Assembly (NCBI GenBank): GCA_041615815.1
Contig: JBFJCP010000002.1
Location: 1-64,000 of the forward strand
Reading direction: 5' to 3'
Origin: Gemmatimonadales bacterium
GTDB lineage: Bacteria; Gemmatimonadota; Gemmatimonadetes; Gemmatimonadales; GWC2-71-9
DNA: 64,000 nt
This document shows positions 37,918-47,925 of the stretch, in pieces (positions within the stretch are counted from its first letter, which is position 1; every line of letters begins with the position of its first letter). Made by a program: the position numbers and the translations under genes. The notes under the pieces were generated by a model, which was given only the letters and a program-made list of their open reading frames with translations, had not been told where the DNA came from and made no database searches.

Positions 37918-39348
37918 TCAGCAGCCGAGGTCGATCCGGGCTTGCGGGTCGTTGACTGGTGTGCAGTTGCCCGACGGTAACCGAGTCGGCACGTAACGCA
38001 TCAGATCGGCGTCGTAGAGGCCGGTTTGCAGGAACGCGACCAGGTCATCGATCTCATGGGGTTTGAGCCCCAGCGGAATGAATGCAGATGCCAGTTGACC
38101 GTCAGGAACCACCGCATTCTGCGGGATGGCGGCGTTCTTGTACTCCACCACCTGACGCACGGTGCCGAATGATGCTCCGTGCCCGTAGAAGGGACTGCTC
38201 TCCAGGTTGTACAGCTGGGGCGTCTTCCATTTGAAGAAATCCGCTTCGCGGGTGGTGAAGCCACCGCGCCCCTGTCGGACGCCGTCGGGGATCGTGCCAC
38301 CCGTGGGAACGAGATTGACCCGGCTCGGATCGTACGCTCCGTCCAAATCATTCATCCCTAGGGCATGGAACGTCATCGAGTTGAGTGCCGGTCCGTTGTG
38401 GCACTCGACACAGCCTGCCTTGCCGAAGAAGAGGATGGCGCCGCGCTTCTCGTCGTCCGTCATGGCGGCGATATCACCCCGCAGCCACCGTTGCCACGGT
38501 GTCCGATTGGCGAGGACCGTTCGCTCGAACGCGCCGATGGCCAGCGCGCTATTCAACCGGTTGATGGGATTGCGATCACCGGGGAACGCCGCCTTGAACA
38601 GCGCTATGTATTCGGGGATGGTGGCGACCCGCGATGCCTCGATCGAGACCATGCGGTGGACCTTCATTCCGGCGTGGGCCTGCGTCTCGAGCCCGTGCAG
38701 GCCCAAGAAGTTGGACTCTTTGGGCGACCCCGCGGTCCATTGCGCTTCCGTGCCCAAGTTGCCACCCACACCTCCGAACTGACCGTTCCACAGCATGAGC
38801 TCCTGAAACGCCCCGTTCATGACCGTCGGCGTACGGATCGGTTGCACGTCCGGCTGATCCAGCGCGTACGCGGCGTGCGGCACGCGCCCTTCGCCGGCGA
38901 GCCCAAACCCACTCCCCCCCTCCGCGATGCCCTGCGGCACATTGGCCTGGAACCCCGCTTGGGCGAAGTGGCAGGACGCGCACGAGTAGGCCTCGCGTCC
39001 CTCGGGTCGGACGTTGTCGACCGCGAGGGCCGTTTCATGATACAGGAACTGCCCGAGGGCGACCTTTTGTGGCGTCATGCGGTTCTTGGGGTCCTGCGGA
39101 ATCCTGCCGAGCTGATGACTCTCCGGGAGCTGGAGATGGACGAGGCCCTTTCCTCCGGTGGCCCTCAAGATGGTGCGACGCAGGTGGGCGTCGAGGGCTC
39201 GGCCGCGCGCTCCGAACGCCAGATGCGCCTCCGGGGTGAGCTCGACGTCTTGATCGGGAGTGACAGGACTCTCACATCCCATCACCGAGACCGCGGCCAC
39301 CAGGGCCCCGGCCGTGACCAGTGTTCTGGCTTGGCGAGTCTTGAGCAT
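37918..39348 (-). CDS. Di-heme cytochrome c peroxidase/MauG-family lipoprotein
   Basis: Lipobox VMGC; CASCH and CVECH; KVALG..L..E..L, W.G, KTP.L.N, PFYGHG; AGGAGG RBS. Confidence 0.9.
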   Translation of the reverse strand: MLKTRQARTLVTAGALVAAVSVMGCESPVTPDQDVELTPEAHLAFGARGRALDAHLRRTILRATGGKGLVHLQLPESHQLGRIPQDPKNRMTPQKVALGQFLYHETALAVDNVRPEGREAYSCASCHFAQAGFQANVPQGIAEGGSGFGLAGEGRVPHAAYALDQPDVQPIRTPTVMNGAFQELMLWNGQFGGVGGNLGTEAQWTAGSPKESNFLGLHGLETQAHAGMKVHRMVSIEASRVATIPEYIALFKAAFPGDRNPINRLNSALAIGAFERTVLANRTPWQRWLRGDIAAMTDDEKRGAILFFGKAGCVECHNGPALNSMTFHALGMNDLDGAYDPSRVNLVPTGGTIPDGVRQGRGGFTTREADFFKWKTPQLYNLESSPFYGHGASFGTVRQVVEYKNAAIPQNAVVPDGQLASAFIPLGLKPHEIDDLVAFLQTGLYDADLMRYVPTRLPSGNCTPVNDPQARIDLGC

Positions 39349-39638
39349 GCATGACCTCCTGGAGCCGTCCTCTACGCGGAGGGACGACGACGGCGGGTGA
39401 CGGCGTGAACATCGGTTGGTGATTGAGGCGTAACACGAGCAACAACCACGCCGTCTCGGTACCACACGGACCGTCGCGCGCGCGCCACGCTCGGTGCCCG
39501 TAGCCATCCCGTACGGGCCAACCACCCTCATCCGTAGCCTCACGGAGTCCTTTTCCGGACTTTCCGACGCCGAGGTGCGAGACATGCAGGGGAAGACTCG
39601 TGAGGGGAACCTTTCTACCGTCACTTCCACAAGACGCC

Positions 39639-40727
39639 ATGGCGGCCAGCCGACAACGATCACGGGGCGTGAGCCACGACGCCGCGAGTCCAAGGACTCG
39701 GGCTGCGAGTGAGGCGGACACCAAGTTTTCCAAGGTGTTCCTCCACTCATACGACATGATCTTGATCGTCGATCCCTTGGGCGATCGGATCGTGGACGCG
39801 AACCCCATGGCTTGTCATGTCCTTGGATACTCACGTGAGGAGCTCACGGCGCTTTCGCCCGGCACGCTGCACCCGCGAGGGGTTGCTCGGTTCAGGGCAT
39901 TCGCGGAGCAGGTCTTGGCGGAAGGGACCGGCTGGGTGGATGAGTTCGAATGCGTGGCTCGGGACGGGCACCCCGTGCCCACCGAGATCTCCGCGTCACG
40001 CATCGAGCTGGAAGGCCGTCCGTGTTTGCTGGCAGTGGCGCGCGATCTGACCCAACACAAGCGTGCCGAAGCAGAGTTGCGGCGGTTATCCCATCGAGCC
40101 ATCCACGCCCAGGAAGCCGAGCGGCGCCGCGTCGCTCGAGAGCTACACGACAGTGTGAACCAGCTGCTCTCGTCCGTGAAATTCAGAATCCAGGAAGCCC
40201 AAGCGATGACCCACACCGCTGGTCGCGAGCAGGCGGCGATGGCGACGAGGCTGCTGGAGCGCGCCATCGGGGAGATTCGGCGCATCTCGCACAATCTCCG
40301 CCCCAGCGAATTGGACGACCTCGGACTCGCGCCGGCGCTCCGCCAATTATGCCACGACCTTGCGACGCGCACCGGTCTCCAGCTGTCGCTTGACCTGGAC
40401 TCAGGCGATGGCTTGTGCGCCGAGCTCGAGCTCACGCTCTACCGGATCTGTCAGGAGGCACTGACGAACATCGAAAAGCACGCGAAGGCCAAACGCGCTC
40501 GTGTGTCGCTCGGTCGGGCGCACGACACAATCGTGCTCCAGATCGAGGACGATGGCCAGGGATTGACACCCGCAACGGCGCGATCGGGAGGGCTCGGACT
40601 CGTCGCCATGCGAGAGCGGGCCACCTTGCACGGTGGGACGTTCGACATCGAGACGCGACCCGGCGGAGGGACTTCGCTGAGCGTCCGCTTGCCCGTCCAG
40701 CCACACACGCACCCGGAGCACGCATGA
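39639..40727 (+). CDS. PAS sensor histidine kinase (HisKA_3)
   Basis: PAS (IVDAN..AC..LGYSREEL), QEAERRRVARELHDSVNQ, QEALTN..KHA, DDG.G, GLGL..MRER. Confidence 0.92.
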   Translation: MAASRQRSRGVSHDAASPRTRAASEADTKFSKVFLHSYDMILIVDPLGDRIVDANPMACHVLGYSREELTALSPGTLHPRGVARFRAFAEQVLAEGTGWVDEFECVARDGHPVPTEISASRIELEGRPCLLAVARDLTQHKRAEAELRRLSHRAIHAQEAERRRVARELHDSVNQLLSSVKFRIQEAQAMTHTAGREQAAMATRLLERAIGEIRRISHNLRPSELDDLGLAPALRQLCHDLATRTGLQLSLDLDSGDGLCAELELTLYRICQEALTNIEKHAKAKRARVSLGRAHDTIVLQIEDDGQGLTPATARSGGLGLVAMRERATLHGGTFDIETRPGGGTSLSVRLPVQPHTHPEHA

Positions 40728-41398
40728 GGAGCGCGAGTCCGCGTCCGCACGCTCCCATCCGTCTCTTACTGGCCGACGATCACCCGGTGGTCCGGGAGGG
40801 TATTCGCGCGGCGCTCTCCAGCGACGCTCGCTTCCGCATCGTCGGTGAAGCATCCAACGGAGAAGAGGCGATTCGGATGACCGAACTCTTGGAACCCGAC
40901 GTCGTGTTGATGGATATCACGATGCCCGGAACGAGCGGTCTTCAGGCCACGCGGGCGATTCGGCGCTCCACGCCGCACGCCAAGGTGCTCGTGCTGACCA
41001 TTCACGAGAGTCGTGAGTATGTGCGTCAGATCCTCCGCTGCGGCGCGCGGGGATACCTGCTCAAGGACGCCGCTCCACAGGAGCTGCGCCGCGCCATCGA
41101 GATCGTCGCCAAGGGGGAGCCGTTCTTTAGTCCCAGCGTCTCGCAAGTGCTGCTCGACGAGTTCCTGCAGGCGCCGCGGGGTACCGAGGGGGACAGCGCG
41201 AACCTGTCCCCGCGGGAACGCGAGGTCCTGGCGTTGGTGGCGCGAGGCCGGACCAACAAGGAGATCGCGGCAGAACTGGGAATCAGCGTGCGGACCGTCG
41301 AGACCCATCGGACCCGCATTGGACGTAAGCTCGGTCTCAGAAGCGCCGCGGACCTGACGCGGTTCGCCATTGCGCATGGGCTGATCCACCCCGGCTGA
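40724..41398 (+). CDS. NarL/FixJ-family response regulator
   Basis: LADDHPVVREG, LMDITMP, LSPREREVL...G.TNKEIA..L.IS.RTVETHR; ATGA overlap. Confidence 0.93.
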   Translation: MRSASPRPHAPIRLLLADDHPVVREGIRAALSSDARFRIVGEASNGEEAIRMTELLEPDVVLMDITMPGTSGLQATRAIRRSTPHAKVLVLTIHESREYVRQILRCGARGYLLKDAAPQELRRAIEIVAKGEPFFSPSVSQVLLDEFLQAPRGTEGDSANLSPREREVLALVARGRTNKEIAAELGISVRTVETHRTRIGRKLGLRSAADLTRFAIAHGLIHPG

Positions 41399-41783
41399 CC
41401 ACCCGGGGGCTTCGCACACGTTCGATCCGTACGACCTCGTAGTTCTCCCATCCGTACACACACGGAAGCTTCACAAAGCAAACGACGCCGAGGGACCGAG
41501 CGCTGCGGTGGCACGTCAACACCCGGCGTCCATGTGCATCGTGAAACAGCTGTCGTCCACGCTGGGGACGATCGTCCTCGGCGGCGGACAGATCGAACGC
41601 GTCATGACCTCCCTAGTCGCTTACCACGTAAGGACTTGCGTACCGGCACGACTCTCGCAGCGAACAAAGTGTGCATTCCTTAGTATTATGGGTGAGAAGC
41701 TTTCGAGCCCACCGTCGAACGTCGAGGTTCACGCGCTGGTCTCCCATCTCGACATTCGAACCGGGCCACACTGGGAGGGCTCA

Positions 41784-43388
41784 ATGATCACAGCAGCTCT
41801 GTTGGCACTCGCGCTCCCCGCCCCCACGGCACCGCTCCCCGCCGTCGTCGTGCAAGATGCACCCGTCCGCGTGTGGCTCAACAAGCGAGACGGGGTGGAA
41901 CGGGGCGATCGGCTGCGGGTTCACGTGCGGACCGAAGAGGATGGGTATCTCGTCGTGCTCCATGCGGACCCCGACGGGCGGATCCGAATGCTCTTTCCCC
42001 TCGACCCCGTTGCCGATCATTTCATTCGTGGCGGTCGCGAATACGAAGTCCGCGGTCGCGGAGACCGGCATACGTTCACCGTGCGCGATAGCGACGGTGT
42101 CGGCACCATCTACGCCGCGTACTCACCTGATCCATTCCGATTCGATGGACTCGCGCGCGGCGGCCATTGGGATTACACGATTGGCGATTTCTGGCGGGTA
42201 CACGAAGACGCCGAAGGCGAGCTCACCGCAGTCGTGGAGCAGATGGCCAGCGGAGCGGGTTTTGACTACGACATCGATTCGTACGAACCGTACCCCGTGG
42301 TCGCGTATCGGCAACGATACCACTCGGGCTTCTATCGAAGCCACTTCTACGACCCGTTCTATTGCGATCCGTTCTATTGCAGCCCGTTCTACCTGGTGGG
42401 TCATCACGGTTACCACCCGCGGATTCACATCGGCATCGGATTACACTTCGGCTACGGGTATTACCGCCACTACCGACCGATTTACTACGACCCCTACTAC
42501 GACTCGTATTACTACGACCCATTCCTTTATGGATTTGGTCTCGGGTTCTATGGCTACCGAGGCGGGTTCGGGTTTCGTCATCCGAGAAATGCCATTTTCC
42601 TCGGGAACCCGGTGCGGCACAATCGCGGCTACACGTTCAAGTCACCGAGCCGCGGGTCCGTGGAATCGGTACAGAACAGGCGGCGGCCAACGAGTGGCGT
42701 AGGATCGCGCCGGCCGGCAGCGGCACCGTCCACTTCGCCCACGAGACGCACGCCGGCCACGACGACCCGGCGTCCGAGCGTGAGCCCGGGCGCACGACAA
42801 CCAGCGACGCCCAGGAACCGGACCCCCGGCCGGGTTCGGGTCCGAACGCCGTCGAATCAGTCGTCGGCCGTTCCCACCGAGCGGCCCCGTACGGGTCCCA
42901 CCGACGTCAGATCGCGGCGTGGAATCCAAGCGGTGGAGGAGCGTGGAGCGGACGGACAGACGCGGCGACACTACAACATACGGATTCACGGAAGCGCCCG
43001 GTCCCAGAGGGGGCAGACCGAGCGGCGGCAGGCTGTCGAGCGCCGTGCCGCACCGACTCAGCGGTCGCGCCCGGAAGCGCGGAGCAACGCCGGCCGTACC
43101 GCCCGCCCCACACAACCGTCGCCCACCCGCCGGACCCTGCGGGCTCCCGCGCGCTCGGGTGAGCGGTCACCGCGGACAGCCGCACCACAGCGGGCACCCA
43201 CTCGACGCCCGTCGGTCAGCCGGAGTCGGACGAGTCCGAGACAACCGGCGGCGCGTCCGTCCAGGTCTGTCCGTCCCAGCCGGAGCAGCCCTCGGGTAGG
43301 GACGCGATCGTCCGCGCGCCCATCGCGATCACCCGCGCGGCGCACCCCCAGCCGATCCCGGGGTTCGAGCTCTAGGCGACGCCCCTAA
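41784..43388 (+). CDS. DUF4384-domain secreted protein with Tyr-rich and Arg/Ser/Pro-rich tails
   Basis: Signal peptide; GDRLRV.V....DGYLVVL..D.DG.I..LFP; low-complexity C-terminus. Confidence 0.8.
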   Translation: MITAALLALALPAPTAPLPAVVVQDAPVRVWLNKRDGVERGDRLRVHVRTEEDGYLVVLHADPDGRIRMLFPLDPVADHFIRGGREYEVRGRGDRHTFTVRDSDGVGTIYAAYSPDPFRFDGLARGGHWDYTIGDFWRVHEDAEGELTAVVEQMASGAGFDYDIDSYEPYPVVAYRQRYHSGFYRSHFYDPFYCDPFYCSPFYLVGHHGYHPRIHIGIGLHFGYGYYRHYRPIYYDPYYDSYYYDPFLYGFGLGFYGYRGGFGFRHPRNAIFLGNPVRHNRGYTFKSPSRGSVESVQNRRRPTSGVGSRRPAAAPSTSPTRRTPATTTRRPSVSPGARQPATPRNRTPGRVRVRTPSNQSSAVPTERPRTGPTDVRSRRGIQAVEERGADGQTRRHYNIRIHGSARSQRGQTERRQAVERRAAPTQRSRPEARSNAGRTARPTQPSPTRRTLRAPARSGERSPRTAAPQRAPTRRPSVSRSRTSPRQPAARPSRSVRPSRSSPRVGTRSSARPSRSPARRTPSRSRGSSSRRRP

Positions 43389-43448
43389 GACACGCGCACG
43401 TTATTCCGCGGGCCGGCCGTGATGACACACGCGCCGGCCCGCTGGCGT

Positions 43449-44048
43449 TCAACGTCTGAACCTGGGGAGGTAACGTCCGGTTCGCTGACAATACCGTCGA
43501 TAATCGTCGCCGAACCGGGCGAAGAGTTGCTCCTCTTCGAGCGGTGTCCGCCGCACGAGCAGTAGCAGCGCCGGGATGGACACGGCCACGAAGAACCACA
43601 GGGCCGTCAGCACGGACAGCGTGAGCCAGAACAAGACGCCCACCGTATACAGCGGATGCCGGACCCAGCGGTACGGGCCGCTGACAACCAGATAGTGATC
43701 CAGACGGGTTTCCACCGAGGGCGTGACGTTTCCGCCCAGGCTCCTGAAAACCCAGACGAGCACCGCGACCTGCAAGACCGCCGCGCCAGCGGCAATCCAC
43801 CGAATCCAGCCTGGAATCGGTAGCGATGCCCAGGCCATCCACCTGGGGTTTGCCAGATACACCAGCAGCCCAACAAACATCGGGAGGGCGAGGAGCCGAA
43901 GCCACACGAGCATTCGTGTAGCGTCGGGGCGAGGAGACGGAGGCGTGGGATCGCTCGTTGCCGCTCGCCGGCGGTACCAACCGGATACCGAAAAGGCGAC
44001 CAACACCAGAACGAGCGTGATCCACCGAAACGGGGTTTCTGGAGTCAC
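43449..44048 (-). CDS. Isoprenylcysteine carboxyl methyltransferase-family membrane protein
   Basis: LV.SGPYRWVRHPLY, EE..L...FG..Y..Y...TGR.LP. Confidence 0.88.
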   Translation of the reverse strand: MTPETPFRWITLVLVLVAFSVSGWYRRRAATSDPTPPSPRPDATRMLVWLRLLALPMFVGLLVYLANPRWMAWASLPIPGWIRWIAAGAAVLQVAVLVWVFRSLGGNVTPSVETRLDHYLVVSGPYRWVRHPLYTVGVLFWLTLSVLTALWFFVAVSIPALLLLVRRTPLEEEQLFARFGDDYRRYCQRTGRYLPRFRR

Positions 44049-44287
44049 CGGGGCACGGAATTATGTGATGCTCATACTAAAATTAGGCTGCACTAATCAT
44101 AACCCGCAGGTGTGCCCGCTGCAACCGTCGCATAACGGCGCTGGCCCCCACGGCGCCACCGGCGTGCGGGTCCGGTTGTCCATTCGGACACTCTCTGACT
44201 CTCGATGACGTGCTGGAGTGACACCGGTCTGTAACATTCGGCGGCGGCTCGGGATTCGGGACCGAGCCGCCGCCGCTTGCACCTGCT

Positions 44288-44752
44288 CTAGGTGAGTGAA
44301 GCGAGGAGCGACGAACCCGCCAAGATGATGGCAGCGATCAGGAGGTAGCGGTCGTTGCGCGGCGCGATCACCACCAACAGCGCCGTGAAGACCGGCACGT
44401 ACGGGCCGATCTTGGGCAGGAACTCGCTGCCCCACACCGTGGGTGAGACCCACAGCAGCGGCACGAACATGCTGGCCGTCATCAGGCCGGCGGCCGCCAT
44501 CATCACCGGGTGCAAGGCGCCTTCCCGCCGGGCAACCGCCGCGACGAGAAACGCCCCTCCCGCGAAGACGCCGGTGGCGGCCGTCGTGGCCATGGACGGA
44601 TCCAGCTTCTTGAGCATCCACGTCCCTAGGACGGTCGCGGCCGCCCCAACCACGGCCGCCGCGAGCACCGTACCCCCCGACCTACCGGCGGCACGGCTTC
44701 GCTCGCGTTCGGCGTGACAGACCGCCCGCAGTCGACCCAGCACCGCAGCCAT
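44288..44752 (-). CDS. Hypothetical multi-TM protein
   Basis: Several hydrophobic helices; TGATG coupling with the upstream gene. Confidence 0.6.
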   Translation of the reverse strand: MAAVLGRLRAVCHAERERSRAAGRSGGTVLAAAVVGAAATVLGTWMLKKLDPSMATTAATGVFAGGAFLVAAVARREGALHPVMMAAAGLMTASMFVPLLWVSPTVWGSEFLPKIGPYVPVFTALLVVIAPRNDRYLLIAAIILAGSSLLASLT

Positions 44753-45519
44753 CAGGACGACTCCGTCAGAGCCCGAATCTCCGTCGGGAGCGCAAAGACG
44801 CTGTCATCCACAGCGCCATACTCGACCCGCTCCACGACAAATCCCTGTTCCTGGCCGAGCACCCGCTGCGTGACCCGCGCGGGGAGCCGGATCCCGCCAA
44901 AGTCGTTGTAGTCGTTCAGGACCGTCGTCACCTCGACCGCTCCCATGGGGCTATCTTGCGTGCGGAGGTTGCCGGCGAGCAGCCCGGTCTCCTTGTCGTA
45001 GAATTCCACGAACTCTTCGCCCCACTTCATCGTGACCTTGACCTTGTAACACGCCCGTCCCTCGAACTCGGTCTCTTCGAGCGTCTCCATCGAGGCCACG
45101 AATTTCCCGCGCTCCAGCAAGCCGTAGAACTCGGCCTGCTCTCGCATCTGGTTGAGCTCGAGGCCGTCGAGCAGCCGAGCTCCCAAGGCGGGATGGATGT
45201 TCCACCCTACCTCACCGTCGTAGCCGCTTCGGATCACCCCGATCCCGCTGAGCCGAACGGTCGTGGACACTTTGTTGGGCGCTGCGGCGTACACCTCGAG
45301 CGGACCACTGATTCCCTGGCTGGGAACGTTGAACTGTCCGACGACGTGTCTCGCCTGGGGCTTCTTCAACGCCGCGCGTCCCCCCATGGCTTCGATGTGC
45401 CGCTCTTGCAGGGTCGCGGGTTCAGGCAGGGCGGTCGTGGGCGACTGCGCCTGGGCCAGTACATTGCCGGCGATCAGCAGGGCGCTGACGAGCCCCACGG
45501 TCATTCGTAACGTTTGCAT
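44752..45519 (-). CDS. Secreted LolA/DUF620-like protein
   Basis: Signal peptide; .EAMGG..AL, GYDG..GW, YDKETGLL, DY..FGG..LP; GGAGG RBS. Confidence 0.7.
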   Translation of the reverse strand: MQTLRMTVGLVSALLIAGNVLAQAQSPTTALPEPATLQERHIEAMGGRAALKKPQARHVVGQFNVPSQGISGPLEVYAAAPNKVSTTVRLSGIGVIRSGYDGEVGWNIHPALGARLLDGLELNQMREQAEFYGLLERGKFVASMETLEETEFEGRACYKVKVTMKWGEEFVEFYDKETGLLAGNLRTQDSPMGAVEVTTVLNDYNDFGGIRLPARVTQRVLGQEQGFVVERVEYGAVDDSVFALPTEIRALTESS

Positions 45520-45545
45520 GTCACTACCTCCACGACTGAACGTGT

Positions 45546-46949
45546 TCAAGGTCGATTCGCGCACGCGGCCTCCCCGCACGGATCACCGACGCCGCCGCTC
45601 GTCCGATTGCGCTGATCGGCGATCCAAGCCACCGCCGCATCCAAGATCGGGTCGTGACCGGCCACGAGGGCCGCTCTCGTTGGAGCGATCGACTCGTCCG
45701 GAATCACGCCGCGGCCTTCGAGGGTGACCCCATCGGCGGTCACGAATTCGGCAAAGGCGTGGTACAGCACGTCACCGTTGGGGAGCCGATCCATGCGTGC
45801 CGGAAGCACCGCACCCGCTGTCCGCTGTCCAAAGACCCGCACCCGGCCAATGCTTTGCATGCCCCCGGCAAACGTCTCCGACGCACTGGCGGAGAGTTCG
45901 TCGACGAGCACCGCGACGGGTCCGGCAAAGGGGGTCACCCGCTCTCCCATGGGTGACACTCGCCGAGGATTGGCCGCGTGGCGCAAGTTGGTGGTCCTGG
46001 TGCGGAACGTCCCAAACTGGATGCGGTCGTCCAAGAAGTGACCGGCGACACCCATGACCATGCCGCCCACCCCACCCGGATTGCCCCTGAGGTCCATCAC
46101 GATGCCGTCGAGACTGCGGAACTCGTGCACCGCCGTATCGATGGTCGGTAGAAGGGGGACCATCCAGACATTGAACCAAATCACGCCCACCCGAAGCCCA
46201 TCCGGACCCGGAACGGCCCGGCGTGCGGCACGCCCGAAAAACGTGGGGAGGTTCCCGATCTTCACGGGCACGCTCGGATCCCGTCGGCGTACAAGATCCA
46301 GCGTCACTGGGCGGTCGCGGGAGTCCCGAAACTCGAGACGCACGCCAGTCCCTTGCTCGCCAGCCAGCAGCCGGCTGACTCTGCGCCATGCGCGGAACTC
46401 GACGGTGTACCGGCTGGAGTCCGCTCTGAGGGCCCGCACCACCTCGTCGATCTCGCCGTCGTCCACCCGCACGAGCGTCCACCCCGGCTCGACGCCAGCT
46501 GCCAACGCCGGCCCTTCCTCATCCACCTGGGTCACCACGATCGTGTCCGCGATCAGCCGAAAATCGAAGCCGAGATCTCCCACCGTGTCGAGACCCGGAT
46601 CGCCATCCTCCGGATCCAGCGTGTCGGCCGCCTCTTTTGGAATCAGTCCAAAGTGCGACTGGCCCAACCGTCCGAGCATCTCCCGAATAGTGCCGCGCAG
46701 CTCCTCACGTTCCGTTGCCGCCTCGGCTCGCGGTCGGAGCTCTTCCCGGAGGGCCACCCAATCCACTCCGTTGAACGTGGTATCGAAGTGGCTCTCGTGC
46801 ACGATGCGCCAAGCCGCATCGAAGGTTTCGAGACCCACCTGGCGGTCGTACGGGGCCACCGTGGTCGCGCAGGCAGCCACGATCGGAACCAAGGTCACGA
46901 CCGCCCAGTGCCTGAGCGCGATCTGCGCGTATGCGTACTCTTGCTGCAT
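45546..46949 (-). CDS. S41-family (C-terminal processing) peptidase
   Basis: PDZ-like region, DLRGNPGG, SASASE.FAG, GQRTAG, LEG.GV.PD. Confidence 0.9.
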   Translation of the reverse strand: MQQEYAYAQIALRHWAVVTLVPIVAACATTVAPYDRQVGLETFDAAWRIVHESHFDTTFNGVDWVALREELRPRAEAATEREELRGTIREMLGRLGQSHFGLIPKEAADTLDPEDGDPGLDTVGDLGFDFRLIADTIVVTQVDEEGPALAAGVEPGWTLVRVDDGEIDEVVRALRADSSRYTVEFRAWRRVSRLLAGEQGTGVRLEFRDSRDRPVTLDLVRRRDPSVPVKIGNLPTFFGRAARRAVPGPDGLRVGVIWFNVWMVPLLPTIDTAVHEFRSLDGIVMDLRGNPGGVGGMVMGVAGHFLDDRIQFGTFRTRTTNLRHAANPRRVSPMGERVTPFAGPVAVLVDELSASASETFAGGMQSIGRVRVFGQRTAGAVLPARMDRLPNGDVLYHAFAEFVTADGVTLEGRGVIPDESIAPTRAALVAGHDPILDAAVAWIADQRNRTSGGVGDPCGEAACANRP

Positions 46950-47174
46950 CGTCTCTCTCTCCTCGGGTCATCGCCGCCCCGCGCGGCAGGTGCAGGGTAC
47001 CTGCATGGGCGAAGCATCACAACGGTGCGGTGGGTGAACGGTCGGATTGGAGGGCCCAGCGGCGGAGCGGGCTCACGGACGGTGCGTCATGCGCGGGAAC
47101 GGCCACCTCCCCGGGAAGCCCCGGGGCCCAAACGTCTTCCTCCGAGCACACCTTGGCTATGCGACGTGCGGATC

Positions 47175-47924
47175 CTAGCCCTGGAGGATCCGCTTCACCT
47201 CGGCGGCGCGGCGGCGGCTCACGTGTACCTTGGTGCCGTCGGTGAGGGTGAGCGTGGCGGACCCATCGCCGTTGCTCTCGACGTGGCGGACGGCCTCCAC
47301 ACTGACGAGCTCGGAGCGATTTGGGCGGACGAAAAGCTCACCCACTCGCGATTCCAGTTCGGAGAGCGTGTAGTCGGAAATGAAGATTCCGGATTGGGCA
47401 TGGGCTCTGACGATCCCGTCCTTCACGTTGAAGCGCGACACTTGGTCGATCGGCATCAGGCGGTGTCCCCGTCCCTCACGCACGAGAACACGTGGGCGGC
47501 GTGGCGCCGAATACCCAACGGCGCGTTGAAGCCGCTCGAGCAGCTCGGTTGGGAGCGCCGTCGGCTGGCGGTGGGCAATGCGGTCCCGAGCACGGCCGAG
47601 CGCACGTTCCAGCCGCTCCAAGGTGACCGGCTTCACGACGTAGTCCACGGCCTCGTGATCGAAGGCCTTGAGAGCGTACTCGTCGTAGGCGGTTTGAAAG
47701 ATGATGAGCGGCTTGGGATCGGGCAGGTGCCGCACGACGTCGAAGCCATCCACCTCCGGCATGGCGATGTCGAGGAGGACCACATCGGGACTTCGTTGTG
47801 TGATAAGCTCCAGGGCCTCGACACCGTTGGTCGCTTGCCCCGCGACTTCCACGTCAAGTTCTTGCAACATGAGCTCGAGCCGTCGACGGGCAGCTGGCTC
47901 GTCGTCGACAATGAGCACCCGCAT
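47175..47924 (-). CDS. LytTR-family response regulator
   Basis: VDDEP.AR, LDIAMP, TAYDEYAL.AF, VSRRR. Confidence 0.92.
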   Translation of the reverse strand: MRVLIVDDEPAARRRLELMLQELDVEVAGQATNGVEALELITQRSPDVVLLDIAMPEVDGFDVVRHLPDPKPLIIFQTAYDEYALKAFDHEAVDYVVKPVTLERLERALGRARDRIAHRQPTALPTELLERLQRAVGYSAPRRPRVLVREGRGHRLMPIDQVSRFNVKDGIVRAHAQSGIFISDYTLSELESRVGELFVRPNRSELVSVEAVRHVESNGDGSATLTLTDGTKVHVSRRRAAEVKRILQG

Positions 47925-47925
47925 G

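Noticed and set aside
44060..44240. Cys-rich short minus-strand ORF end (CDGCSGHTCGL)
   Set aside because: No RBS or family support; overlaps a likely AT-rich promoter region
47015..47105. AACGGT-like repeats as LytTR operator upstream of the S41 operon
   Set aside because: Spacing is irregular (16 and 20 bp) and the matches are too short to support
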